Shown here: positions 18,611-28,070 of the stretch, in pieces
How the letters are laid out: each line of letters starts with the position of its first letter
Numbering within the stretch: position 1 is the first letter of the stretch
From: Candidatus Latescibacterota bacterium
Lineage (GTDB): Bacteria; Latescibacterota; UBA2968; UBA8231
NCBI GenBank assembly: GCA_965248265.1
Contig: CBDFJF010000002.1
Span: 3,200,001-3,264,000, forward strand
DNA length: 64,000 nt
Direction: 5' to 3'
Notes under the pieces: model-generated
Databases searched by the model: none
What the model was told of the DNA's origin: nothing
What the model saw: the letters and a program-made list of their open reading frames with translations, nothing else
Position numbers and translations under genes: made by a program

Positions 18611-21469
18611 ATGATCAGCGCGAGAGTGGCATCCGGCTTGTTGGCCCTCCTCCTTCTCCTCTTCTTGTGTACCCCCGGGAATAGTCAGCTCTACCGTTTC
18701 GGCAAGAACAAAGTTCAGTTCGACCGTTTTGAGTGGCAGAAGATGGAGACGGAGCATTTCGATCTTTACTTCTATCCCGAGGAAACCGAACTGGCTTCCT
18801 TCACCGCCCCCATGGCGGAGGCTGGTTTCCGTCATGCCGAGAGCAAATTCGGCTACACGGTGCAGCGTCGTATTCCCCTGATTATCTATTCCTCCCATGT
18901 CTATTTCGAGCAGACCAACATCATCCCTGGCTATTTGCCCGAGGGGGTGGCGGGGTTTACGGAGTTTCTCAAGGGGCGCGTGGCGTTGCCGCTGAGTGGC
19001 TCTCTGCCGGAATTCGAACGCGTCCTCTACCACGAACTCATTCACGTCTTCATGTTCGACCTGGTACGCCATGTCCTGCGCAGCAGAGGGATCACTGAGT
19101 ATCGCCCTGGCCCCCTCTGGTTCTCGGAGGGACTGGCCGAGTACTGGTCGAGCGAGTGGGACAGCCGAGCCAGCATGATCGTGCGCGATGCTCTGTTCTC
19201 CCAGCGGTTGGTACCGATTTCCCAGATGTACCAAATCAACGGCACCTTCCAGATGTACAAGGAAGGACAATCGATATGCGAGTACATGGCTCGCGAGTAC
19301 GGCGAGGACGTATTTGAGCGAATCCTGCACAACTGGTGGAAAGCGGAGACCTTCGGCGAAGTCTTCGAGATGACGACGGGGGAAACCCTTGACGCGTTGG
19401 ACGAGAGCTGGCAGTACGACCTGAATAAGAGGATCCTCCCCGTCATCGAGGATGCGGATCCACCGAGCCAAATGGCAACCGCGCTCACGCACTCTGGCTT
19501 CAACCTCAAGCCCAGCGTCGCGATGCCCAGCAGCGCGACCACAGAGGCCGATAGCCAACACGTCCTGTATTTCAGCAACACCCAAGGGTACACACAGATC
19601 GTCCGTCAGGCGGTGGTTGGCGGTGAAGTGGATGTTGTCGTCGAAGGAGAACGTTCAGCAGCATTCGAGTCGCTGCATGCTTTCTTCAGCGGCCTGGCCG
19701 TATCCGAAGACGGGGATGCTCTGGCATTCGCTGCCAAGCGCAATGGGCGCGATCACCTGGTTACCTGGGATCTGAGACAGGGGAAGGAAAGCGGTCGATT
19801 CAGTTTTCCTTCCATTGTCGCAATAACCTCACCCTCATGGTCACCAGATAACGAGATGCTGGTGTTTTCCGGGGCAGAGCGAGGTGGTATCACCGATCTC
19901 TACACCGTTGACGTGCGCACGGGTGAGTTGAACGGGTTGACCCGGGATGTTTACCACGACAGCGATCCCACCTGGCACCCCGAAGGGGACCGCATTGCCT
20001 TCAGCTCCGATCGTTGGCAGGGGGGACGGCAGGGGTTATACAATCTTTTTCAGTACGAGCTGACGAGCGGACGGATCATCCAGCTCACGCGCGGCAACCA
20101 CAACGATGTGCAACCTCAATGGGCACCCGACGGCCGGTCGATGGTCTTCAGCTCTGACCGGGACGGCATCTACAATCTTCACAGGCTGGGTTTTGGGGTT
20201 GACCCTGCCGCGGCTCAGGCTCACGTGGACCGCATCAGTTCGACCTTGACGGGATCCTTTGACCCGAGCTGGTTGCCCGATCAAAGCGGAGTCCTGTTCA
20301 CCGGATTCGAGGCCGGGCGTTTCAATATTTACCGAATGGCGCTCGATTCCACGCAAACCGGCAGCACGGCCGCGGACACGATGGCGATGGTCTCCTATCG
20401 CGTCCAGGATCTGTCTGTAGAGGGGGATCAATGGCAGCTGGAAGGCAATGAACTCGAGTCGAGTTTGCTGACGCGCAGGTCCTACAAGCGCAAGCTCTCC
20501 CTCGATGTTGCTCAGAGCCAGATCTCGCAGGATCCACTTTTCGGCACTTCCGGCGGCATCCAAATCGGTCTCAGCGATGTGCTTGGGAATGACCAGTACT
20601 ATTTCGTTCTCTCCCATATTTCCGGTGGTAATTCCAACCTGTTCAACGGCCTCAACCTCGCTTTCGCCCGTGTGTACTTGGCGCAGCAGCTCAACATCGG
20701 CTGGGGTGTTTTTCGATTGAATGACCGGTTTACGAGGCGATTCGGTCGCCAGGTGAGAGAGCGCCGAACCGGGGCGTACCTTGAATTGAGCTATCCTTTT
20801 ACGCGCAACGATCGCCTCGAAACCAGGATGACGATGCGTCACTCGGACATTGACCGTCAGTTCGAGGGGCGGCAGCTCAAAGGTTGGTTGATGTCCAATC
20901 ACATCAGCTACACGCACGACAGCAGCTTGTGGATTCCGACCGGTCCGTTGGAGGGCACCCGGTACAGCGTGGGGGTCGGGCAGGACATCGATTTCAAGAG
21001 CTCCAGGCGCTACAACACCACCGTGTTCGGAGACTACCGACACTACTTCCGCCTGTCACGCCGCTCCAGCCTTGCCCAGCGTTACATGGCTCGTCACAGC
21101 CGGGGCGACGTTCCCGAGTTTTTCTCCATGGGCGGTAGTTGGACCTTGCGTGGTTATCCGTGGCGCTCCATCTGGGGGCGCAATCTGGTGTTGGTCAACT
21201 ACGAGTTGCGTTTTCCGCTGCTCGACCGCATGGTCCTGGCCTTTCCCTTCGGCAACATCGATTTCTCAGCTTTCAGAGGCGCTCTGTTCGTCGACGCCGG
21301 CAATGCTTGGAACGACGAGTTCGGCGAATGGCTGGGTAGCTTCGGGGGAGGCACCCGACTCGGGCTCGGGGGCTTCTTCGTCTTCAGGCTGGATGCGTCC
21401 AGGCGTACTGACTTCAAGTCAGTCGACAACAACACCCGATGGGACTTTTTCTTTGGCTGGGACTTCTAA
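18611..21469 (+). CDS. Omp85/BamA-TamA family outer-membrane protein fused to an N-terminal gluzincin (peptidase MA-like) domain and a PD40/TolB-like propeller
   Basis: Signal peptide; 'FGKNKVQ'; 'HELIH...WFSEGLAEY'; PD40 repeats 'SPSWSPD', 'DPTWHPEG.RIAFSSDR', 'QPQWAPDG'; barrel motifs 'LRGY', 'ELRFPL', 'LFVDAGNAW'; C-terminal aromatic 'FFFGWDF'. Confidence 0.88.
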   Translation: MISARVASGLLALLLLLFLCTPGNSQLYRFGKNKVQFDRFEWQKMETEHFDLYFYPEETELASFTAPMAEAGFRHAESKFGYTVQRRIPLIIYSSHVYFEQTNIIPGYLPEGVAGFTEFLKGRVALPLSGSLPEFERVLYHELIHVFMFDLVRHVLRSRGITEYRPGPLWFSEGLAEYWSSEWDSRASMIVRDALFSQRLVPISQMYQINGTFQMYKEGQSICEYMAREYGEDVFERILHNWWKAETFGEVFEMTTGETLDALDESWQYDLNKRILPVIEDADPPSQMATALTHSGFNLKPSVAMPSSATTEADSQHVLYFSNTQGYTQIVRQAVVGGEVDVVVEGERSAAFESLHAFFSGLAVSEDGDALAFAAKRNGRDHLVTWDLRQGKESGRFSFPSIVAITSPSWSPDNEMLVFSGAERGGITDLYTVDVRTGELNGLTRDVYHDSDPTWHPEGDRIAFSSDRWQGGRQGLYNLFQYELTSGRIIQLTRGNHNDVQPQWAPDGRSMVFSSDRDGIYNLHRLGFGVDPAAAQAHVDRISSTLTGSFDPSWLPDQSGVLFTGFEAGRFNIYRMALDSTQTGSTAADTMAMVSYRVQDLSVEGDQWQLEGNELESSLLTRRSYKRKLSLDVAQSQISQDPLFGTSGGIQIGLSDVLGNDQYYFVLSHISGGNSNLFNGLNLAFARVYLAQQLNIGWGVFRLNDRFTRRFGRQVRERRTGAYLELSYPFTRNDRLETRMTMRHSDIDRQFEGRQLKGWLMSNHISYTHDSSLWIPTGPLEGTRYSVGVGQDIDFKSSRRYNTTVFGDYRHYFRLSRRSSLAQRYMARHSRGDVPEFFSMGGSWTLRGYPWRSIWGRNLVLVNYELRFPLLDRMVLAFPFGNIDFSAFRGALFVDAGNAWNDEFGEWLGSFGGGTRLGLGGFFVFRLDASRRTDFKSVDNNTRWDFFFGWDF

Positions 21470-21491
21470 ACTCCGTACTCGCCAAACGCCG

Positions 21492-22640
21492 ATGCTGCGA
21501 TCCTTCGCGCAGGTTTGGGCGTGGGTCAGTATCTACACGGCTGTCGTCAGCTGCGGGGGAGCGAACCTGCCATACTTTCCGCCTACCACTCAGGATCACC
21601 GGGACCAGGACTGGAATCAGAGTGGTGGGGGGCATTCGGGTCGCTCCTTCAGGCCTCTTGGCGTCGAGCCACCGCTGAGATTGCTGTGGGAACAGCGACT
21701 GAACAGCTCGCCCCTTGGCGGTGGCCTGGTTTCCGGGCCATTGCTGTTCCAGATGACGAAGACCTCGTCACTCTATTCCTTCGATCTGGTCGGACGCGAG
21801 CTTGGCAAGCGGGGTTACGGGGAAATACCATGTGCTCCGCCGGCCATCGCCGGTTCGGCCTCTGAGGTGCTCGTGGTCGCCGAATTCTTCCCTGATCCAC
21901 TCATCAAGGGCGTGTCGCGCCTCGACGGCTCGACCCTGTGGTCCCGCAAAAGCACCGTGTGTGTCCCGACCGTTTCTCGTGCCGACACCATCGTCTTCAT
22001 CGACGATGCGGGCACGGCGACCGCGCTGACAGCAAGTGAAGGCGAAACACTGTGGGAGTTGCACGGCGAGGAGCGCCATGCCAGTGGTCCGTCCATGTTC
22101 GGAGACCTCGTCATATTTGGAGACTCAGCCGGAGCCTTGAGAGCACTGGGCGTACGGGATGGTAAACAGAGGTGGTTGAGCCAGCTGGGAACAGGACTGC
22201 GTTCACGACCGGCCGTTTCCGCAAAGGGTGTTTTCGCCGGTACGGGGGCGGGGGAGATCATCGCCTTGTCCGCCGACACCGGGGATGAGCTGTGGCGCAC
22301 TGCTCTGGGCAGCCTGCTGACCCCCGGCTTGACTCTGTCACAGGACCTGGTCGTAGCCGGCTGTGTGGACCGCCACGTGTATGCCGTGGACGTTGACACC
22401 GGCGACATTGTCTGGAGATTCGAGACCGGCGGCGTGGTCCGCGGTACGCCGGTGTCGACGGAGTCGGTCGTCTACTGTGGCAGCGGCGATGGTTTCATCT
22501 ACGCCCTGGAACTCAGATCAGGGAGCCTGCTGTGGAAGTATCGTCTCGATGGCCCATCGCTTGAGGGGCTTGCGTTGGGACCGCGAACACTGATCGTGAC
22601 GACGGAGAGCGGCAGTATCTACGTCTTCGGAAGGGGTTGA
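21492..22640 (+). CDS. PQQ-like beta-propeller repeat protein (BamB-like, probable lipoprotein)
   Basis: Likely start ATG 21492 with 'AVVSC' lipobox-like Cys; repeats 'VYAVDVDTGDIVWRFETGG', 'IYALELRSGSLLWKY'. Confidence 0.82.
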   Translation: MLRSFAQVWAWVSIYTAVVSCGGANLPYFPPTTQDHRDQDWNQSGGGHSGRSFRPLGVEPPLRLLWEQRLNSSPLGGGLVSGPLLFQMTKTSSLYSFDLVGRELGKRGYGEIPCAPPAIAGSASEVLVVAEFFPDPLIKGVSRLDGSTLWSRKSTVCVPTVSRADTIVFIDDAGTATALTASEGETLWELHGEERHASGPSMFGDLVIFGDSAGALRALGVRDGKQRWLSQLGTGLRSRPAVSAKGVFAGTGAGEIIALSADTGDELWRTALGSLLTPGLTLSQDLVVAGCVDRHVYAVDVDTGDIVWRFETGGVVRGTPVSTESVVYCGSGDGFIYALELRSGSLLWKYRLDGPSLEGLALGPRTLIVTTESGSIYVFGRG

Positions 22641-22643
22641 GGA

Positions 22644-23129
22644 GTGAATGGCCGCTTGACAATCCTGTTGATGCTGACTCTGGCAGCGTCACACACAATG
22701 GCTGAGGCAGCAGAGGAGAGCGCTGAAGCACCAGCATGGAGTCCTCTGCCCAGCATGTTGGCTGGAGTACTGCAGGCCCAGCCAGTCAGCTTTTCAAGAT
22801 CGAGACTCCCCGTCCAGCAGGCCGGGAAGAACTCGCGCATAGATGCGCAGCGGCAAGATGGAGAGGACGACGGTCAGCTGGAGGAGCGGCGTTTTCATCC
22901 CGGTAAAGCGGCGTACTTGAGCGCTGGTCTGGCGCTCTCCAGTGGTGTGATGGCCTGGCTCAGCAAGCGGGAAGCAGACGATGCCTACGATCACTATCTG
23001 CATGCAGCCGGCAGCGAGCGTCAAAAGACACAATTCGATCGGGCTGAGCGTTACGACCGACTCTCCGGGGCGGCCTTCGCCGCGATGGAGGCGGGGATCC
23101 TGATGACGGCCTACTTCACCTTCTTCTAG
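22644..23129 (+). CDS. Hypothetical exported/membrane protein
   Basis: Signal peptide, two hydrophobic segments flanking 'ADDAYDHYLHA...FDRAERYDRLS'; tightly packed in the operon with a GAGGAG RBS. Confidence 0.62.
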   Translation: MNGRLTILLMLTLAASHTMAEAAEESAEAPAWSPLPSMLAGVLQAQPVSFSRSRLPVQQAGKNSRIDAQRQDGEDDGQLEERRFHPGKAAYLSAGLALSSGVMAWLSKREADDAYDHYLHAAGSERQKTQFDRAERYDRLSGAAFAAMEAGILMTAYFTFF

Positions 23130-23130
23130 C

Positions 23131-24525
23131 ATGTCGGATACAACCACACATCGATCCGCCAGACTGGGCTGGCTATGGTGTCCAGACGTTGGTCCTGGTC
23201 GTCCTGCCACGCCATCGCGGATGGTCTCATTCTTAGCGATCGCGCTTCTGGCAAGTGCCTGTACCGATCGCCAGCATCGAAACCCCCTCGACCCGCTGAC
23301 GACGAATCCTGTCGACAACTCCACCCCGATCGATGCAGTCGCCGGCGACGGAGTGGTGTCGCTGGCATGGGATTACAGTCAATTCCAGGACCTGTTCGGC
23401 TACCGCCTGCAGCGCACGGCCTTCGGTGCCGATGGGGCGTCTCAGCAGTTGACACTCCATGATCTGTCGGCGTCGACGCTGCAATTCGAGGACGTGGAAG
23501 TCGACAACGGCCACACATACCAGTATCGACTGTCTCTGGTAGTCGACGGTGACGGTGAGCTTGAGTTGGCCGACATTCAATTGGCAACACCCGGACCGGA
23601 GATCGCCTGGGCCGCAGATCGCGGCTCCGGTCTGGTTTGGAAGTTGAGCCCCGATGGCCGCAATGGGTTGTTCGCGAGCGGTCGCTTCAGCATTGGCGGG
23701 ATGGCGGTGAGCCAGCACGATCGTTCGTGTTGGGTCAGTGATGTCAACACCGGCTTGCACCGGATTGACCCCGAAGGCCAGGTCGACGCGATCGAGAGCG
23801 AGTTGATGGCAGCCGGCGCTCTGAGCTTCGATCCAGACGGAACCACTGGTTGGGTGGCCGATCGTGAAGATGGTGCCGTTTATTCCTTTTCTGCCAACAG
23901 AATCGACTCTCTGGATCTGGTGCAAGTGGATGCCAGCTTCCTGGACCCGTTTCAGCTGGCGCCTATCGAGGGTGGCTGTTGGGTCGCGGATCGCGGGGTT
24001 GCGGATCGCGGGGTCGCGGATCGCGGGGCCGCGGATCGCGAGCAAGGGAGGATCCTGCTGTACAGCGTCGAAGGCAGCCGCATCGTCGATTGGCGCGGAA
24101 TGAGCGACTTGCTGGCAATTGCGGCCTCGGATGCTCCGCTGCTGGCTGAGGGCGGCAACGTCATCTGGGTCATAGCGGATGCGGGAGAGACCCTGCTTCG
24201 GCTCGAGGTTGGCGCTGGAGAAGGACAGGAACTCGACCTGCCCTTCGATCGGGCCATTGACGTGGATGTGGATGATCGTACCGGGGATTGCTGGGTGCTG
24301 GGTGAGCGTGACATCGCTCTGTTCAGCGTGGACGGCACCCAGATCATGCACAGGAGTCAATTCGATCTCGGAGCCGTCTCTTTGACCGTCGACGGTATCA
24401 ATCAGAGCGTTTGGATCGCGGCCGCCAACGCCGTTTGGAAGCTGAGCATCGAGCTCGAAGGCCAGACCCGATTAGGCGGGTTCACCTCAACGCTCGGGAT
24501 TGCAGTGGACCCCGGATCCCGGTAA
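23131..24525 (+). CDS. Probable lipoprotein with FN3-like domain and NHL/Vgb-like beta-propeller (true start possibly ATG 23221)
   Basis: 'FLAIALLASAC' lipobox followed by 'HRNPLDP'; FN3-like 'AVAGDGVVSLAW...GYRLQR...TYQYRL'; repeated 'CWVSD', 'GWVAD', 'CWVAD'. Confidence 0.72.
   Translation: MSDTTTHRSARLGWLWCPDVGPGRPATPSRMVSFLAIALLASACTDRQHRNPLDPLTTNPVDNSTPIDAVAGDGVVSLAWDYSQFQDLFGYRLQRTAFGADGASQQLTLHDLSASTLQFEDVEVDNGHTYQYRLSLVVDGDGELELADIQLATPGPEIAWAADRGSGLVWKLSPDGRNGLFASGRFSIGGMAVSQHDRSCWVSDVNTGLHRIDPEGQVDAIESELMAAGALSFDPDGTTGWVADREDGAVYSFSANRIDSLDLVQVDASFLDPFQLAPIEGGCWVADRGVADRGVADRGAADREQGRILLYSVEGSRIVDWRGMSDLLAIAASDAPLLAEGGNVIWVIADAGETLLRLEVGAGEGQELDLPFDRAIDVDVDDRTGDCWVLGERDIALFSVDGTQIMHRSQFDLGAVSLTVDGINQSVWIAAANAVWKLSIELEGQTRLGGFTSTLGIAVDPGSR
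23981..24040 (+). repeat. In-frame 15-bp tandem repeat x4 encoding (V/A)ADRG
   Basis: GGGTCGCGGATCGCG / GGGTTGCGGATCGCG / GGGTCGCGGATCGCG / GGGCCGCGGATCGCG. Confidence 0.92.
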
Positions 24526-24548
24526 ATGGGAGGTAACGAGTAAACAAG

Positions 24549-25439
24549 ATGGCGAAGATTACCAGCATGACTGGATTCGGTACCGGTACCGCCGAGGTCG
24601 ATGGCTACCGGCTTCGAGTGCTGATTCGCTCGGTGAACGGCCGCTTTCTCGATGTGCAGATCCGTTGTCAGAGCGGCTTGGTGGATTTCGAGCAGACCGT
24701 GCGGGAACGTTTACAGGGAAGCGGAATATCCCGTGGCAAGGTCAACGTGACGCTGGAATGGGAGGAGACACCGCAGTCAGGGTCCCTGCCCATTTTGAAC
24801 CAGGAGGTCGCGGACCAGTACATCGGTGAGCTAAAGCGCCTCGGTGACATCGCCGGGGTCACGCTCGAGCCGGACCTGCACCAGCTCGCCCGCCTGCCGG
24901 GGTTGTTTCGCACTCAGGAGACCGTGGCCTTGGAGCCAGAGCGGACCGCCGCGTTGGTGTCTGAAGCATTGGAGGAAGCCATTGCCGAGTTCGAGCGCAT
25001 GCGCACGGCTGAGGGAGAGGCCCTGCTGGCAGATCTAAAGGGCCGACTATCCAAGATCGAACGTTGCATCGAAGAGATCGCCGTCAAGGCCGATGGCTCC
25101 AAGGAACAAATCCACGCCCGATTACGGGAGCGTGTTGACGTCCTGTTGAGACCGGGCGAACTGGATGAGTCCCGCCTGGCGATGGAGGTAGCTCTGCTCG
25201 CCGATCGCAGCGATATTACTGAGGAGATCGTCCGCTTTCGCAGCCACAATGTCCAATTCACAAACACCTTGGACGAAGGGGGCGATGTGGGGAAGCGACT
25301 CAACTTCCTGCTGCAGGAAATGAACAGAGAAGCCAACACCATTAGCTCGAAGGCATCCGATGCCGACTTGATTCACCAGTCCGTGGAAATCAAGGAGGAG
25401 GTCGAGCGCTTGAGAGAGCAGATCCAGAATCTTGCATGA
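24549..25439 (+). CDS. yicC: YicC/YloC family endoribonuclease
   Basis: 'SMTGFG', 'IRSVNGRFLD', 'DITEEIVR', 'GKRLNFLLQEMNREANTISSK', 'REQIQNL'. Confidence 0.95.
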   Translation: MAKITSMTGFGTGTAEVDGYRLRVLIRSVNGRFLDVQIRCQSGLVDFEQTVRERLQGSGISRGKVNVTLEWEETPQSGSLPILNQEVADQYIGELKRLGDIAGVTLEPDLHQLARLPGLFRTQETVALEPERTAALVSEALEEAIAEFERMRTAEGEALLADLKGRLSKIERCIEEIAVKADGSKEQIHARLRERVDVLLRPGELDESRLAMEVALLADRSDITEEIVRFRSHNVQFTNTLDEGGDVGKRLNFLLQEMNREANTISSKASDADLIHQSVEIKEEVERLREQIQNLA

Positions 25440-26002
25440 GCAGCCACTCCACACAAGCATCGGCTCACCGCCTTGTATCCGTGAGCGGACTGCCAGGCAG
25501 CGGCACGAGTACGGCGTGTAGCCTTCTGGCTGAGATGATTGACTGGCGTTACATCAACGTCGGCGAGATTTTCAGAGACATGGCTCAAGAGCAGGGGATA
25601 TCCCTCAGCTCCTACGGGGCGCAGGCGGAACAGGATGGGGAAATCGACCGTCAGTTGGATGCCCGGGTCATCGCCCTGGCCCAAGCATCAACGGGCGGCG
25701 TCATCCTGGAAGGAAGGCTGACCGGTTGGATGGCCCGGCGCCATAACCTGCCCACCCTCAAGGTATGGCTGCAGGCATCGGTTTCGGCTCGTGCGGAGCG
25801 GGTCGGTCAGCGTGACGGGCAGACTTCGCAGGAAGCAGCAGCAACCATGAGTGAGCGTGAGGCTTCGGAAGCTAAGCGCTATGCCGATCACCACGATATC
25901 GACATCGGTGATCTGACTATCTACGACCTCGTCATCGACTCAGCCGAACACACGGCGGCACAGATCGCTCAGCTCATCGCTGATTCCCTGGACGCCACCT
26001 GA
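25436..26002 (+). CDS. Cytidylate kinase, archaeal-type (family 2)
   Basis: P-loop 'SGLPGSGTST', 'GEIFRDMAQEQGISL', 'IDRQLD', 'ILEGRLTGW', 'RE.SEAKRY...IDI.DLTIYDLVIDS'. Confidence 0.85.
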   Translation: MSSHSTQASAHRLVSVSGLPGSGTSTACSLLAEMIDWRYINVGEIFRDMAQEQGISLSSYGAQAEQDGEIDRQLDARVIALAQASTGGVILEGRLTGWMARRHNLPTLKVWLQASVSARAERVGQRDGQTSQEAAATMSEREASEAKRYADHHDIDIGDLTIYDLVIDSAEHTAAQIAQLIADSLDAT

Positions 26003-27240
26003 TGGCGCCATCCGCGCGGGGAAAGAAAATCCTGATCGCCGTCACCGGAGGTATCGCCGCCTACAAGATTCCGTCCTTGATTCGCCTACTGGTCAAGGAG
26101 GGGGTCGACGTGCGGGTGGTAACGACGGCATCGGCGCGTCAGTTCGTCACCGTGACCACGCTGGAGACACTGTCCGGTCATCCGACCTACTCCTATCTGT
26201 TCGAGGCCACCGACGAGTTTCCGGTCCTTCACGTCGGCCTTGCCGATTGGCCGGACTTGATCGTGCTGGCGCCTGCGACGGCCAATCTGATCGCCAAGAT
26301 GGCTCATGGCATTGCTGATGATCTCGTGACGACCCTGATGCTGGCGACCAAAGCACCCGCGTTGGTCGTCCCGGCCATGGAAGAGGGCATGCTCGACCAT
26401 CCTCAGGTGACGGCCAATGTTCGCCGCTTGAAGGAGCAGGGCTTCGAGTGGGTGGAGGCTGAAAAAGGAGAGCTGGCTTCGGGCAAGGTTGGCCGAGGGC
26501 GCATGGCTGAACCGGAACGGATAACCGAACGGGTGTGCGGATTACTGAGTGATGGAGACAACCTCGATCTGGCGGGTTTGAATATCGTCGTCACCGCTGG
26601 CCCGACCTATGAGGACATCGACCCGGTGCGTTTCATCGGCAACCACTCGAGTGGCAAGATGGGGTTTGCCATTGCCCGTCGCGCTCATGCGCGCGGCGCT
26701 TTCGTGCATCTGGTGACGGGGCCCACGGCGCTGGAAGATCCTCAGGGAATCGAAGTCACGCATGTGCGTTCGACCGAACAAATGCTCGCGGCAACGAAGG
26801 CAGTTTTCGAGGATGCTGATGTACTCATCATGGCTGCGGCCGTGGCCGATTTTCGTCCACGCCAGGTTGCTGCCGCCAAGATGCGCAGATCGGATTCCGG
26901 ATCCGCCACGCTCGAGTTGGTACCGAATCCGGACATCTCCCAGACCCTGGGCAGACGCAAGGAGGGGCGCATCACCATCGGATTTGCCCTGGAGACCGAG
27001 GCTGATGTCAGCGCCGCCCAGGCCAAGCTGCGTCGCAAGCACATGGATCTGATCGTCCTCAACAGTCTCAGTGACGAGGGTGCCGGTTTTAGCGTCGACA
27101 CCAACGTTGTCACCCTGGTTGCAGAGGATGGGGAGGCAACCCAACTGCCGAGAATGCACAAAGAGGAAGTTGCCGACCATCTTCTGGATCGCGCACACGA
27201 TCTGGCAGCTCTCTCAGACAGAGGTCGATTACAGAGCTAG
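26002..27240 (+). CDS. coaBC: Bifunctional phosphopantothenoylcysteine decarboxylase/synthetase
   Basis: 'VTGGIAAYK', 'APATANLIAK.AHGIADD', 'TAGPT.EDIDPVRFIGNHSSGKMG', 'AAVADF', 'GFALET'. Confidence 0.96.
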   Translation: MAPSARGKKILIAVTGGIAAYKIPSLIRLLVKEGVDVRVVTTASARQFVTVTTLETLSGHPTYSYLFEATDEFPVLHVGLADWPDLIVLAPATANLIAKMAHGIADDLVTTLMLATKAPALVVPAMEEGMLDHPQVTANVRRLKEQGFEWVEAEKGELASGKVGRGRMAEPERITERVCGLLSDGDNLDLAGLNIVVTAGPTYEDIDPVRFIGNHSSGKMGFAIARRAHARGAFVHLVTGPTALEDPQGIEVTHVRSTEQMLAATKAVFEDADVLIMAAAVADFRPRQVAAAKMRRSDSGSATLELVPNPDISQTLGRRKEGRITIGFALETEADVSAAQAKLRRKHMDLIVLNSLSDEGAGFSVDTNVVTLVAEDGEATQLPRMHKEEVADHLLDRAHDLAALSDRGRLQS

Positions 27241-27247
27241 TGTCCAG

Positions 27248-27276
27248 TTGACAGGGGTCTATCGGCGCGGCATCTT
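27248..27276 (+). promoter_or_regulatory. Putative sigma70 promoter upstream of udg-dnaB
   Basis: TTGACA-N17-CATCTT in the 100-bp intergenic gap. Confidence 0.5.
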
Positions 27277-27341
27277 CGCCCGCACGTGCCTTTGCATCTG
27301 CGTCGGCATCCGACCAACCCAATCTGCCCTGCTGTGTGCCC

Positions 27342-28070
27342 ATGACCTCCGCCCATCAACGAGCATCCGTTGACGACGACGTCGAACCCCTAGTCCGGCG
27401 CTACCTGGATGACCTGGTCGCCTTCGAGGGGCCGAATTTCCTGCTACCGGAAGATACTCCTGATCCGGTCCAAAGCGGATTGCCAGAGATTGAGGTAGCT
27501 GCTGAGCCCGGTACCGATCTCGAGCATTTCCACCAGCAGATCTGCGAATGTCAGGCCTGTCCATTGGGACAGACGCGTCAGCGTTTCGTCTTCGGTTCCG
27601 GAGCAGCCAACGCCGGCATCATGTTCATCGGCGAAGCCCCGGGCGCCGACGAGGATCGTCAGGGATTGCCGTTCGTCGGCAAGGCCGGTCAGTTGCTGAC
27701 CAAGATCATCGAAGCCATGCAGCTGCGACGTGAGGATGTTTATATCTGCAACATGTTGAAGTGTCGTCCGCCGAACAACCGCGATCCGCTGCCCGAAGAG
27801 ATCGCTACCTGCGAGCCCTACCTGAAGAAACAGATTGAGATCGTGCAGCCTGTGATCATCTGCACCCTCGGCCGGATCGCCACCCAGGCACTGCTCAAGA
27901 CCACGCTATCCATGGGGCGCCTGCGCGGCACCCTGCATAAGTACGAGGGGATCCCCGTCATAGCCACCTACCATCCAGCCGCACTGCTGCGCAACGCCAG
28001 CTGGAAGCGGGATACCTGGGAAGATGTCAAGTGGCTTCGCCGAGAATTTGACGGAACGGAGCTCTCCTGA
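27342..28070 (+). CDS. Uracil-DNA glycosylase family 4 (Fe-S)
   Basis: 'CQACPL', 'IGEAPGADED.QG.PFVG', 'KCRPPNNR', 'TYHPAALLR'. Confidence 0.94.
   Translation: MTSAHQRASVDDDVEPLVRRYLDDLVAFEGPNFLLPEDTPDPVQSGLPEIEVAAEPGTDLEHFHQQICECQACPLGQTRQRFVFGSGAANAGIMFIGEAPGADEDRQGLPFVGKAGQLLTKIIEAMQLRREDVYICNMLKCRPPNNRDPLPEEIATCEPYLKKQIEIVQPVIICTLGRIATQALLKTTLSMGRLRGTLHKYEGIPVIATYHPAALLRNASWKRDTWEDVKWLRREFDGTELS

Noticed and set aside
18458-21043. Long minus-strand ORFs (375 aa and 335 aa)
   Set aside because: Antisense to the well-supported Omp85 fusion gene, with no domain signatures.
21072-21491. N-terminal 140 aa of the 522-aa ORF
   Set aside because: Overlaps the Omp85 gene in another frame. The plausible start is ATG 21492, which gives a signal/lipobox.
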